Source: Podospora anserina (lineage: Eukaryota). Taken from it: DNA of 64,000 nucleotides. The translations under genes and the position numbers were made by a program. The DNA lies in the NCBI GenBank assembly GCA_017654855.1, contig CM030335.1:3410001-3474000 (forward strand), read 5' to 3'. The notes beneath the pieces were generated by a model that searched no databases, was not told the DNA's origin, and saw only the letters and a program-made list of their open reading frames with translations. Of the stretch, positions 26,424 to 38,499 are shown one piece after another; position 1 is the first letter of the stretch; every line of letters starts with the position of its first letter.

Positions 26424-27473
26424 CTATATCGCTTTGGACTGTATGCGCTGTTCCACTGTGGAGTCCTTATTCTGTAAAGCAGCTCCCCTCGTAGCGATGT
26501 TGACCCCCTCTTCCTCTTCGTCCAACCATACCAAATGAGCCCCGCCGCCGTTGTCATCTTCGTCCTCCGACTCAAGATCATGGGTGTCACTTTCACCATA
26601 AGCTCCTAGAGGTTGCTCAGTAGCTTGTGCCTTGACCGCCTCCTGGGTTTCTTCTGGGTCCTGAAGCGAGGGATCTGTGCTCGCCTTTCGGTTTGGTTCT
26701 TTCTCTGATGGAGGGTGCCCAGTGATAGCCACAAAACGCTCGTTGACTGGCGAGGCGCCTTTTTGACCGTCGTGGCTCATGGGAAAGCTGTTTTCGGCGG
26801 AGACCATTCGGAACTCGCTGGCGAGAGGATTGAGCGTAGACGTGCTACTGATGCTCAAGACACGGTGATGCTGTTCTTTGGGGGCTACAAAGTCCATTGT
26901 CGGACTGACCAAAACGGGTGACTCCGGTGGCGTAACTGGTTCCGGTGTCATGATGTCCCAGTCCAAATGTCCCAGACGTTGAAGCCGTTGTTGGTTTTGT
27001 TTTGCTTCTTCGTGCTGCTTCATCGCTACGTTGAATAGCACGTACAAGATTCGAAATACAAATATGAGTTGCTGTTCTTTGGAAAATGTGAGAAACGGAT
27101 GAGGGTGATAAGAGTGTTGGTTTCGTGGTCTTTCTGTTGTGTAGTTGTCATTATTTCCGCTATGTGATTCGACTGGAGACAGAGGGATTGCTCCCGGTGG
27201 TGGTGTTCCCGGTGATGCTGTGGGCGATAGTGGTTCAGCGGGCCCGATTGTGGCAGCTGGAGGTTTGCGGGGCGCACTTGATGCGTCGCGCCTCGTAGAA
27301 CCGGGTGGTGGATGGTCGCCAAAAACATGCCGCATCAACTTGTTGCGCGAATCGAAAGCTTGAGCGCAGCGGCGACACTTGTGGCGCGTCGGTGATCCAT
27401 TTTTGTCCTGGGCTTGACCGTCGGTGGTTGATCTGGAGGCGGTGGACATGGATGCCCAACGCTTCGACTCCAT
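26424..27473 (-). CDS. Single C2H2 zinc-finger protein, otherwise low complexity
   Basis: HKCRRCAQAFDSRNKLMRHVFGDH; PAM2-like STLNPLASEF motif. Confidence 0.7.
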   Translation of the reverse strand: MESKRWASMSTASRSTTDGQAQDKNGSPTRHKCRRCAQAFDSRNKLMRHVFGDHPPPGSTRRDASSAPRKPPAATIGPAEPLSPTASPGTPPPGAIPLSPVESHSGNNDNYTTERPRNQHSYHPHPFLTFSKEQQLIFVFRILYVLFNVAMKQHEEAKQNQQRLQRLGHLDWDIMTPEPVTPPESPVLVSPTMDFVAPKEQHHRVLSISSTSTLNPLASEFRMVSAENSFPMSHDGQKGASPVNERFVAITGHPPSEKEPNRKASTDPSLQDPEETQEAVKAQATEQPLGAYGESDTHDLESEDEDDNGGGAHLVWLDEEEEGVNIATRGAALQNKDSTVEQRIQSKAI

Positions 27474-27834
27474 TCTGGATTCTGGTGGAGCAGAGAAAGC
27501 AAAAATGGTCGGCGACTGGCCTAGTCAAAGGGTCGTCGATTGAGGGCGCGACTGTGCTCAAATCTGGAGAGCGGCCCCGTTCTTTGCAAGGCTGTGCCCA
27601 GAGGTCGAGAGCAGGAGAGGGGAAACTGTGGGTGAGTGAGTGGGTGAGTGGTGAGTTGATGTCGAGGCGAGAGTGGAAATTTGAGGTTGACGAACGAAAA
27701 TTGTGGGGCTTGACACGCGGTGTTGCTTGAGTGGCAGAGTGGAACGGTGTGGGGCTTCCACAGCCCCCGCTTCAATGCAGCTTCATGTAAGTTGATTGGT
27801 TCTGTCTTTTCGTCCTCTCTCAAATAATATCATC

Positions 27835-28794
27835 TTACAGATACTTCTTGACCACTTCCTCAACCTCCTCCCGACTCAGCTCTTTGATCCCCAGCAACTC
27901 ATTATCATTCTTCTCAAACAGACTGCCATATCCCTCTCCCGCGATCGCAGAAGTTATGAACTTGACAGCAAACTTCTCAGGGTCGGGGTTTTCCTTGTTG
28001 ATCTCAGCCCATGCCGAAGTCAGCAAGTCATCCACCATCACCACCTCGTCAGTCCACTTCTCTCCTGGGGTAAGCTTCTTGGCAATCTCATACACGTCCT
28101 TGAAGCTCTGAACAGTGCTCTGGATAAACACCATCTTGTTTTTGGTTTCCTCAGCATGTCTAAAAACCCCCACAACAGCCTTTCCAACATCGGACAACAG
28201 CGAGAAACTGATCTTCCTGTCGCCGCCATCATAGAGGATTGCGTGTTTATCTTTGGCGTTGACCAGCCAGTTGATCTTGAGACCCCAGTCAAAGAACGCG
28301 CCATTGACAACAAGGGTGTATGTCAATGTGCCTTCTTTTGCTTTTTTCTCGAGAAGGTCCTGGGCGTCAAACTTGGTTTGAAAGATGGGAAGCTGTCGGA
28401 CCTTGGCGTTACGAGTGTGGGAGCCGAACTCGGTGGGCAGGAATCGTTTGACACCTGCCTTGGCGGCAGCTTCAATAAGAAGGAGTTGCTTTTCGGGGGC
28501 GCTAATTGGGAGGGTGGAAACCACAGCGTCTTGACCAGACAATGCCGATGTCAACGAGTCGATGGAGTCGTAGTTGACCGTGACGGTTTTGACACCGGGG
28601 GGAAAAGTACGAGGTGACTCCTTGCGGACGAGGACGGTGACCGTAAAGTCACCGGCGAGCAGGAGCTGCTCAAGAATTGAGGGGCCCAAGTTACCGGTTG
28701 CCTGAAAGAATGTTAGTCTTCGAATGAGTTTGGGCAATGAGAAACGATCACCACCTACACCGGCGAGTACAACGTTGGTAATAAAAGCGGACAT
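27835..28794 (-). CDS. NmrA/isoflavone-reductase-like NAD(P)-dependent oxidoreductase (CipA-like); one short 5' intron
   Basis: Spliced VVLAG-ATGNLGPSIL Rossmann motif, GVKRFLPTEFG, YTLVVNGAFFDW, DVGKAV. Confidence 0.9.
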   Translation of the reverse strand: MSAFITNVVLAGVGGDRFSLPKLIRRLTFFQATGNLGPSILEQLLLAGDFTVTVLVRKESPRTFPPGVKTVTVNYDSIDSLTSALSGQDAVVSTLPISAPEKQLLLIEAAAKAGVKRFLPTEFGSHTRNAKVRQLPIFQTKFDAQDLLEKKAKEGTLTYTLVVNGAFFDWGLKINWLVNAKDKHAILYDGGDRKISFSLLSDVGKAVVGVFRHAEETKNKMVFIQSTVQSFKDVYEIAKKLTPGEKWTDEVVMVDDLLTSAWAEINKENPDPEKFAVKFITSAIAGEGYGSLFEKNDNELLGIKELSREEVEEVVKKYL

Positions 28795-29757
28795 GTTGAT
28801 CAGGGAGGCAGATGTGATATGACTGAAAGCACAATTGATGAGATGTTTGAGGTAGGTGTCGAAGGCTTGAAACAGATGGGTACTTTGTAGGTAAGGTCAA
28901 GTCGATCGAGCTGGGAGAAAGGACTTGAACAGCAGGATACTGCGCCCTTTTATAGAAAGATTGCAATGGGCAGCTTTCAGCAAAGTGGTATCATCCCTCC
29001 GTCCCATACGCTCATCCAGATGAATTATGGCTTATTCAGCCCCAGCTAATTAGTTGAGGTAGGTACCTAGGATACCAATCCCGTAGGCTCGGTTGTTTTA
29101 CAAGAAGAAACATACCGGCGATTACGTGACAGTGAGGAATTAACGGACCAACAGAATTTTGTATCCCACATGGCCGAGATAAAAAGGATCCCAGCGCAAG
29201 GTACCACTGAAGGAGCGCATCTTTGCAGCTGCGTCTGGTTTATTGATGCAGGCAAAAGCATAAGCGAAAACATCCCCCTGAAAGAAGAAGGCCGTCGAAT
29301 CCCTCCGGGCTGTTGAGATTGTAATCGCGTGTGGATTCTGATAGTTGTAAGGGTAGCAAGGAACTTAAAGGCACAGCTAACCCTAACTCCAAGGACTCTC
29401 AATAGGCCATTTGACTATCTTTCAAGGCCTAGTAAATATTTTTTCGAGGCCTGGTTCAGTGTTCTAGAGTGACAGTCATTTGCATAACGTGGCTAGGTAC
29501 CTAGCTAGTGCACTGTTATCATCAATCTGGCATGGAAACGCGAGTACGAATCCTTTTTAACGGAATCCCCACATTCCACATGCCACATGCCACATAGCCG
29601 GCATTCCGCTGCGGCTTTGTCATCACTGCATTGACCACATCTTAGATGAGGAAAGCTTCATTCAACTTTACTTGTCCTTCTCCTCCGTAGTGTTTTAAAC
29701 TATCCCACCCGACTTGAAACTATCCCACCTTTCCGTTACTACAATCCATCACTGATC

Positions 29758-32019
29758 ATGACCAACCAGGCGTCGGAGGCCCAGCCACCGGCATCACCGT
29801 TATCCAAAGCCACTCGGTTTGCCTGCAACGCCCCGGGATGCCGCAAGAGCTTTACCCGGAAAGAACATCTGACCCGACATGCGAAGTCACACAGCTCACA
29901 ATTGCATTATCAGTGTCATATTTGCGGCCGGAGATATGCCAGGAGCGATGTCTTCAAACGTCATGTGGAATTTCACCCCAAAAACACCATCCCAAGCACC
30001 AAGATCGTCGCCTGCAATGAATGCCATGACAAAAAGCTCAAGTGTGACGATGGAACACCTTGCCGTCAATGCGACCGACATGGGCTGGAATGTGTACGCA
30101 AAGGGCGACCATCTCTCGAGCCGAGGACACCACCAGAACAATCATCACCAGCCCATGCCATTGACAACACTTCGTCCAATGGAACGTTCAATTACGGGAG
30201 TAATAATGTTGACGAACAATGGCATGACATGCATCTCGAGACGCCGGGCCTAAATGAAGCTGTGCATCAACCAGAGCACTCATCCTCGGCTCCTCTCACG
30301 CCCCCTACATCACTCTCAAGCGATGCTTCACAGTTCAACAGCACACCACTCCGGGTACTGCTCCAAAATATTGATGAAGCAACTACTTATTTTCTCCTAG
30401 AGGTCTTCTTCACCGAAGTACATCAATATTGGCCCATTCTTCATGTATCCACCTTCAACATTGGCACCGTGTCTGATCTGCTGTTAGGATCCATCCTAAC
30501 CCTTGGCAGCTGGATTACTGGGAGAGAGGAACACAAGACTTTGATTCCGGCCGTCTATGAAGAGGCTCTGACAGCTACCCGGGTGGTATGGTCTCCCCAT
30601 TTTAGTGTCTCCCTTGGGTTGAGCTAACAGCTATTCAAAGAACGTCACCCCTTCTTTACACACGCTTCAAGGACTGGTGTTGTTGGTGGTATATAGCATT
30701 TACAACATTGTATGTTCAGCTGCCGAGCATTTTCAGGTTTTGTTGCTGACTTGTGATAGAATAACGAAATCGGCAAGGCTGGTGGCCTTACTTCCCTTCT
30801 CATTCGAAGTTGTCGCTGCATTGGGATTTTCAATGGCAGCCATTCACTTCCCGAAAGGCTTCAAGATGATCCGTTTACCTTTTGGTTGGCCAAAGAGCAG
30901 CTTCATCGGTAACCAGTCTCGTCCTCAAAGTCCCTGTTATGTTCTGACAATGATTCCAGGCTGGCATTCACGGTGTTCCGTCTCGACACATACCAATCCG
31001 TCCTTCTAAACATTCCCCCCACAGTTCGCTACCAAGAGCTCTACATCCCCTTCCTCGCCTCCCCCTTCATATGGGAAGCCACAGACAATGACGACCTCGA
31101 GTATCGCCTCCAGCAACAGCCAAAACCCGGTGTCAAATCACCACCGCTGCTGAGCGGCTTCCACCGTGAGTTCATGTACTCGCCAACATCCTACACACCC
31201 AGCATCCCCCTCTCCCCAATGGACCACCACCTCACCCTCTGCGCCCTCCAAAATCCAATATGGGAAGCCTCGGCCTTCGCAACAGACATGGAGATATCCC
31301 TCCTCAGCATCCCCAACTCCCCCGTCTTTGCCGCACGCACGCATCTCGACCGGTGGCGTGCCCGGCTTGAAGCTCAAACCCAACAAGTCTTCCAATACGA
31401 TGTCATCGAAGAAATCACCTGGACGTTATTCCACATGTCAAAGATCACCATGCACGCCCCCTTACCCCTTTTGAGAATCCACTCTGCCGCCCCCTCAGGC
31501 AAACATCGTGATGTCGACACGGAGAAGGTTGCCACTAAGCTGGGGATCTGGAGGGGGAGTCCCTGTCCGAGGATGGGTGTTATCTCCTGCGCGGAAGTAT
31601 GCCAGTTGCTGAGCCGGAACCCTTTTGGGTTTGATTCCAATGCCAGGAGGGATAAGCTTAACCCGCTGGCTACGCCGGCCTTGCTGATGGCTGCCATTGC
31701 GGTGTGCTCGTATGCTGCGGGTGTTGGGCAGAAGCAGGGGGGTGGTTGTCCGGCGTGTTTACCTGGGCTGGAGCATGAGCAGGGCGGGTGCGTGGATATT
31801 TTCGCAGGGAAATGTCCTCAGTCTCAGGAAAGGGTCAAGGAGTGGGAAGCGACGGGGAGGGGGTGGCCGGTTTGGGGATCCTCGGGGATTGTGTTATGTC
31901 GATGCGGTCTTGATAGGCTTGGGGAGTGGTTCCAGCAGGAGGCGGTACTGGGGAGGGACGAGACTGCGAGGAGGGAGCTTGTGGCTTTTGTGGAGGGGTT
32001 GAAGTGCGGTTTTGAGTGA
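29758..32019 (+). CDS. Transcription factor with two C2H2 fingers, a Zn(II)2Cys6 cluster and a fungal TF middle domain; multi-exon
   Basis: CNAPGCRKSFTRKEHLTRH, CHICGRRYARSDVFKRH, ACNECHDKKLKCDDGTPCRQC...LEC, FFTEVHQYWPILH. Confidence 0.9.
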
Positions 32020-33480
32020 TGGTTTGGTGTCAAGTGAATTACCTACTCGCCTATGGCGAGGGATGCGAGACGCTATACATGGCGAGATACATGAATGAAC
32101 CGTTCAGCTTCGAGAATAGAGAATAGACGTAACAATTCCTGCTCTCTTTGTCCATAGCCACAGTTAGTAGCGTCGAGGTCGCTGCCATGCTGCATGATGC
32201 AAGTGTCTTTTTTTAAACCCCACCATCATCATCAAATTTGCAGCACAATTCTCGAATATCTAATTGGCCTTTAACATTTGTGCCGTGCATACAATTTTCA
32301 CAAATCTGATTCTAGCACAATTGTGCACGGTGCGCGGCTTACCATCCAAATGTCGTTAAAACTGATGGAAAAAAGAAGACTGACCTTCCCAGGTATAAAG
32401 CAAAAGGATGTGTCCCCTCGACCGGAATCGAGCCGGTGACCTTTCGGTATCAATAAACAACATTTACAGCCGAACGTGATAGCCAACTACACCACAAGGG
32501 GTTTTCTTTTTGGTGTGCAGGCGCTGTGCGATTAGGGCTTGTCAACGGTACCCGGGCTGGGTTCGTTGTCCGGCATCGGATGTGGGCCTGAGCAGCCAGA
32601 ACTTCGGAACTGTTCCTTGTGGCTGGGACGGACATCTCTCGCTTGGCGCGCTCCCTTCCCCGGTTCCAGTTGACAACTCAGACAATTGAGGAACAGAGAG
32701 ACAGCCGCGATAGCCCTCACCGCTGAACCAATCGAAATATTCTTCCAACCTTTTCTTATTAATGGCCCACTGACCAGACTTATCGGTTTGCTGCCCAAGC
32801 TAAAAGTGTGGCAGCACAGGCTCCAGCAGACACTCCAGCAACGTCCACGGGGTCCAAAAACACCAAGATGCATATCTCGGAACAAAAAATCACAAGGCTT
32901 GATCTCGAATAGATTTTACCACTACCACAAGCCTCCCGCGCCCCCCCAAGCTGGGCCCTGTGCCGCTACCCCGCTCAACAGCTCAAGTTTAGGGGTGCCA
33001 CTTGGTGCTTGTTGGAGTGTTTGACAACCTGCGCCCTGCAGATATTTCGACCACTCTAAATCCTCATTGGCTGCTCCCTTGGGTCAAGCTCCCTCTGTCT
33101 GCATGCAGAGTTGATCCCTTACCAAGCCAATCCCATTTTTGAAACCTTGCTGTGCCAGATGGTCCGCCACCAGAAGGCCGTGAGGAGCCATGAGGGAGGG
33201 GCGGAGTTGGTCCAAAGAGCCAATCGATTTTCTCATGGCAAACTGGCATCCAAGTTTGGCATCAAAAGACACCACTTTCTGCTGGATTACCTTATGCATT
33301 CCGCGCCGCTAGACACACAGACATGCCCAAGAAGGCTCTGGACCGCTTCAACATGGCCGCCATGTCTCGTCGGTAAACCATCTATAACCCGGCCCCTGGG
33401 ACTTTGACACGCGATCCACAGGCTTTGCTCTTCAACTCTCACAAGTTGACGACACCACTGTGCCATGCAAATTCGTGACC

Positions 33481-35687
33481 ATGGGCGCATATGTCTCTAC
33501 CGGATCCTGCATTGCCCATTATGGCATCCAGCCCAACTGCACCTTCAATGTCACAGGCACGAACGATGCTTTCCACCACCTGGGAGGGAGCATGAAAGGC
33601 GAGATTGAGGGTGACCCTGACATTGCCGGAATTGGCGTAAGGCCTCTCTAACCCATTCAAGAAATCATGAAGCTCAACTGACATTGTCACAGGTACTTGG
33701 GGCCTTCCTCGCTGTGACAACGATATCCGTAGGCCTAGCCTCAGCGAGTACGTTCTGGTGGTTTTCCAAGAATGTTCTCCATTGGAAGTCACGAACAGCC
33801 AGAGAGTCAGTCAATCCACCTTGGCTCACACTCGCCAATAGGGTTATTGAGGAACCAGAAGCTGACAGTTTCGCAGAGAGAAATCACTCCGTAAACGCAA
33901 AGCCAGTATATCGCAAATCCTCGAAGCGCTCGTCATTAGCTGTAGCGATCAACAGATCTTTACTGGCGGAGCATATGCCATCACCCTCCGATATGCCAAG
34001 GCCTGCACCGTCTCAGCATACCACTACAATGTCGTCTCCAACATCCTCCTCGTCACCTGCGCCACCCATCTGATGGCTGTCACCGTGTCCAGCAACTACT
34101 GGGAACATCGCTTTGTTGGAGGACTCCGACTCATCGTCACCTCGCTCGTCTATGTCATCACTGGAATTCTTTTGTCCAACCGCGGTGAGCCCGACCTGGG
34201 CTTCCCAACCCAAGTTCCAGCAAACAATGAGACCCACAGCTTCATGCTCCTACCGGCCGCTTGCTTCCAGACAGATGGTATCAGGCTCGGCACAGAGCTT
34301 GACAAGTCCTTCAAGGTTAGCTCCGCGAACGAATTCTTCAACGGCCAGGTTCATGGATGGACGCAGTTCATCATCCTGTTCTTGTTCTACTTCCTGGCTG
34401 CCATGGTGAGCGTGGGCAGACTTGTACGTCGTGGGCAGGATCACAATGGCAGGAGAACAAGGTTTATTGCCTGGTTCAAGCTCAACCTCAGGCCCCTTTT
34501 CCGATGGAAGAGGTTCTTCTACATTCTCTTCGGCTTGTATCTGATTGCAGGTATTGCCGTTTCTTCCTGGACGGTTGTGACATCGGCTCTCTATGTGTTT
34601 GCTCTTCGCCGTTGGGTTCACGGCTCTGGCTGGTACGTTCATTACTCCTCCTTCGATCACTTTCTAGCTAACGCAAGTTCAGGATGGAACCCATCGATGA
34701 GGAGATTCCAGACCGGATTGCTGAGAACGATCCTTCCACCTTTGGCCAGCTTGTTCCTGTCCTTCTGATATCCTTGACTCTGTTCACCTTCATGCAAGTC
34801 ATTAGCGGTAAGTTTGGTAACACCACTTCCGGCGCGGCCCTGGCTGACTGGTATCCTCAGATCGCGTCACGCTTCGGCGTCAACTGTCCAACCGGCGCAA
34901 GAAGAATATTGAAAAGCACAACACACCCACTGTGGTTCAGTACGATGGTGGTGGGTCTGACTACCCCGAAAACGGGCATGGATTCAAGCTTGAGAAGTCC
35001 GTCGTGGTAGGAGTGGCAATCAGTGAACCAGACTTGGACCCCCCAAAACCAATCGATATCGAAGCTGCCGGCGGAAGACGCAGCCAAAGCCGCAGCAGGG
35101 ATGGAAGCAGCACCGGCACCACCACTCAGTCTATTCACCGACCTTCTCAACCGCAAGTCCACTCCCCTTCCCACACCCGCACCCACTCTCGCCAAAACAG
35201 ATCATTCTCCAGTCCTCGTCCTCCTCAAGGCTTTGGAACACCTGAGCCTGGCCATCAGTCTCCCATGCCCGGGTTTCAAAGTCCCGCCTTTCAGCAGTCG
35301 CAGAGTCCTACACCTCCTATAAGCCAAGGTCCACTGTCGCAGCCAACGTCGGGTTATGTAGATCAACCTGACTTTCAGCTGCCAGCATTCGACTTCGGAC
35401 CGGGTGTTAACCCCAATGGTTCGGCGCAAAGCTTGCCATTGAAAGGGGAGGTCCACTCTCACCAGCGAGGCCCCTCGGACGTCTCAAGTCTTTCACAAGC
35501 AAGCTACACACCTTCTCACAGCTCCCACCAAGTGTCCCAGCTGTCTCAAGGATCAGTCGCACCGCCTGTGCCGAAGAAGTCTAGGTCGAGAGAGCTGAGA
35601 GAGCAACAAGCGCAGCAGCAGGATCGACGGCCTGGCCCACAGGGGGAGTTTGGCCTCGGGGGAAGGGACGCTTCTCGCACGTTTTGA
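33481..35687 (+). CDS. Multi-pass membrane protein of a fungal family of unknown function; multi-exon, Pro/Ser/Gln-rich C-tail
   Basis: DPDIAGIG-V, DQQIFTGGAY, SAYHYNVV, multiple hydrophobic helices and TFGQLVPVLL across exons. Confidence 0.8.
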
Positions 35688-35960
35688 GACCTTTTTGTCG
35701 TGATGTAATGATGTGATTTATTGTTATGATACCACTTTCGTTTGGGAATACACAGCTTCGGTTAGTTTGTAGTAGTACACAATGATCTTTGGGCATGATT
35801 TCCTTGTCAGGCATTTGGCCCGGGCGGTATAAATGAACGGACAGATGGCCATGTTTATGATTGAGCTCTAGTATCATTTAATGAAGAAACATTCGTTGCC
35901 CTGTCGGACTCCGGTTAGGTATTGTCGGATATGGCCAAACAAAACCGAGGTTATTCCCCA

Positions 35961-36747
35961 CTATTCAGAGATTGGGACTCCTTCCTCATTGTCACTGCCC
36001 ATCACCCCTTCATGCCCACCAACACGTTCTTCATCCTGCCCAATGGAAAACGGCAAGCGTATCCGCCCAGTCCTCAGATCCTTCTTGGCTTCCCAAACAG
36101 CCAACATGGCCAGCAGCAACGAGCATACCCTGTTATTCGACTTGTCAGCCATTCCTCTTCAACCAAGAGCCAAATCCTTACATTGTTATCAGCCCCGTAG
36201 TAACCGCACTCTGCGTAACGATGCAGCTGTTGATCTCAGGGGGATAATGAGAACTGAACCGTGTGACCCCTGTCCCGTTACAAAATGGCCATGTTTGTCG
36301 CACTGTCGAAATGGAGGTGAGAATCCCTAATCCGATGGCGAGAATCATGACGCTCATCCAGGTAGAGCACAGCTGAGTGAAGACATCCGGCCTCTTTCCA
36401 TTGGATAGGGTGAGAAGGGATGAGGAAGTGGTGTAGATCCATTCTAGGGCAATCAGGACGCACTGGTATCATGCCGGGTTAGGTACTGAAGTGAGAGGGG
36501 TGGGTAGTGGGACGCGTACAGATACGACATAGATGACTTCACCCAAAGGAACTGACGCCGCTTCCTGACCGGGGTCGCTGCATGACCAGTAGGCGCAGAA
36601 GTGGTGGCTGTGCATCCAGATGAGGTAGCAAACACTGAAGCATGATATGCTGAGGCTTGAGAACTGGGTGAGACGTAGGAGGTAGCAGGCTGCTGCGGTG
36701 AGTGCCTCGGCGGACGGTAGGTGTAGTGTCGTGGTTGCAGTAGGCAT
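35961..36747 (-). CDS. Small four-TM (MARVEL-like) membrane protein, 3 exons
   Basis: MPTATTT...LLRLTQFSSL...GEVIYVVS | CVLIALEW...VMILAIGLGIL...CIVTQSAVTTGLITM | VCSLLLAMLAVWEAKK...* joined by GT..AG introns. Confidence 0.65.
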
Positions 36748-37080
36748 CTTCGTGGAAAGATTCAAATGGGGATTTTCTTTGGAAGAGAAAGAGACGTGGT
36801 GCAAAATTGCCGGTAAATTTCCAGGTTGCTGGCTTTTGAAGCTGTTGAGGGATGGGGGCTGCTTCGGATTCCGAATCAGCCGCAAGTCACACTAATGAGG
36901 GCGCCCAAGTTGATTTTCCGTGACAAACCTCTCATGTTGGGCGGTTGGCTCCGCCCATTGAGGATCACGTATGTAGATTCATGCTTTTCGCAAAGGCTCG
37001 GGAATACAAGGTGTAAAAGTCTTGGGATTTGTGGAGGGAACTTATCACAGCACCTACATAGGGATCTAAGCTACATATAC

Positions 37081-38260
37081 TCAGGCCAGTCTTTGTTTTC
37101 TCGCCATGTGTCGCCTCCGCTGGACCACCACATTGGTGCGCTTCGCTGGACTGTCCGTCTTCAACGAAGCTACCGCCTCGTCCCCAAGATCCCGAGTAGC
37201 CCGCTGGGAGTCAAATACATGGGACGGGGCCACAACCCGAACTTTTTCGGAGCCAAGAACCTTGACAGCCTCCACCAAAAAATTTGTTGTTGCGATTTTG
37301 TCTCGATCCATGACATGTTCCATAACGTCTGAGTCGACGACGATGTAAGCTGTGGGAAACCCCTGGAGAACTCGCTTCAGGAGAAGCAGCCACTCTTGCT
37401 GAGTAGATGCCTCTTTCAGCTGCGCGATAGTGATGGGATACTGTGTGCTCATGGCAGAGCTGTTGATCTCAAGAGCCTGGTAAAGTAACATCCGGATTAC
37501 GTCGATGGAAGTGATGGTGGATTGTTGTAGATCTGGGTATCGAAGCACCCACAACACAGGGAACCCGCCCCGGCGGAGGGATTCGACTGATTGGAAGAGG
37601 ATATCCTTGGCTTCAGCTCGGGTGCTCTTCTGGATCACCATGAAGTTCGAGCTGTTCTTACTCTGGATGGTTTGTAGAATATTGTCACTTCGTCCGGGTG
37701 GATGTGAGCCTTGTCTTTGGAGCCAGAAAGAGCGGGAATAGGCAAGACATTGCCCGCTGTTGGGTAGGCGCTCCATAAAAGACAAACTCAAAATTTGGCC
37801 CAGTTGGATATGGGAGATCATATGTTTTTCACCATCTCTTCGTGATTTAAGACTGACTGCCTTCGTGTAAGAACCTCTCCGAACGACGTGGAATCAGAAG
37901 AGAAAGGCTTACGACAAAAAGAAACTTGAATGCCCCCCGTACCAGAGAGACATACTCGAGATTGTGCTGCAAAAGGACGTCTGGCACAGTGCTGTAGTAA
38001 GCCACCCTGCCGGAAAGCCGCTCAAGCCAAACGTAGGCCTTGCTGTTTTTGCGAGACTCAGACTGACTGCGGGCGTGAGAGAGTCGAGACAAAGTCTTGC
38101 ATTGAAATGAATGGGCCTTTAATACCGACTGCTGTTCTTGGGCTGTCAGTTCATCAGTAAGGTAAGATTTGGCAGTTCCGGTCGAAGTGCTAGGCAAGAG
38201 TTGCAAATCAAGCAGAGCCAGATTGGGTCTTCGACGGTCGAAGATATCCCAAAACGACAC
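37081..38260 (-). pseudogene. Internally deleted NACHT-related (degenerate P-loop) protein
   Basis: N-terminal helical block KAYVWLERLS..YYSTVPDVLLQHNLEYVSLVRGAFKFLFV resembles the region preceding fungal NACHT domains; C-terminal PVLWVL..SIDVIRMLLYQAL..EW..LL..VL.G...YIVVD; middle appears missing. Confidence 0.55.
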
Positions 38261-38499
38261 CTCAGGGAGTTCAGGAAAAGTCCGGGATACTGTACGAAAT
38301 CACGACCGACCTACCTACTCAGGGAACAATGGAATGGATTCATTAGATTGCTAACATGATTCTGACCAGGCTGTTTCTACCCAACAGGAACATGAACCGT
38401 ATAATGAAGAGCGCCGTTCACCCTTTAGCACTCAACAGAGCGACAAAGACAGTTACTATACCCCCCTTGATACCCCGAGTCGCAAAAGCTCTAAACTTC

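Noticed and set aside
27796-28617. 273-aa plus-strand ORF
   Set aside because: Antisense to the NmrA-like reductase
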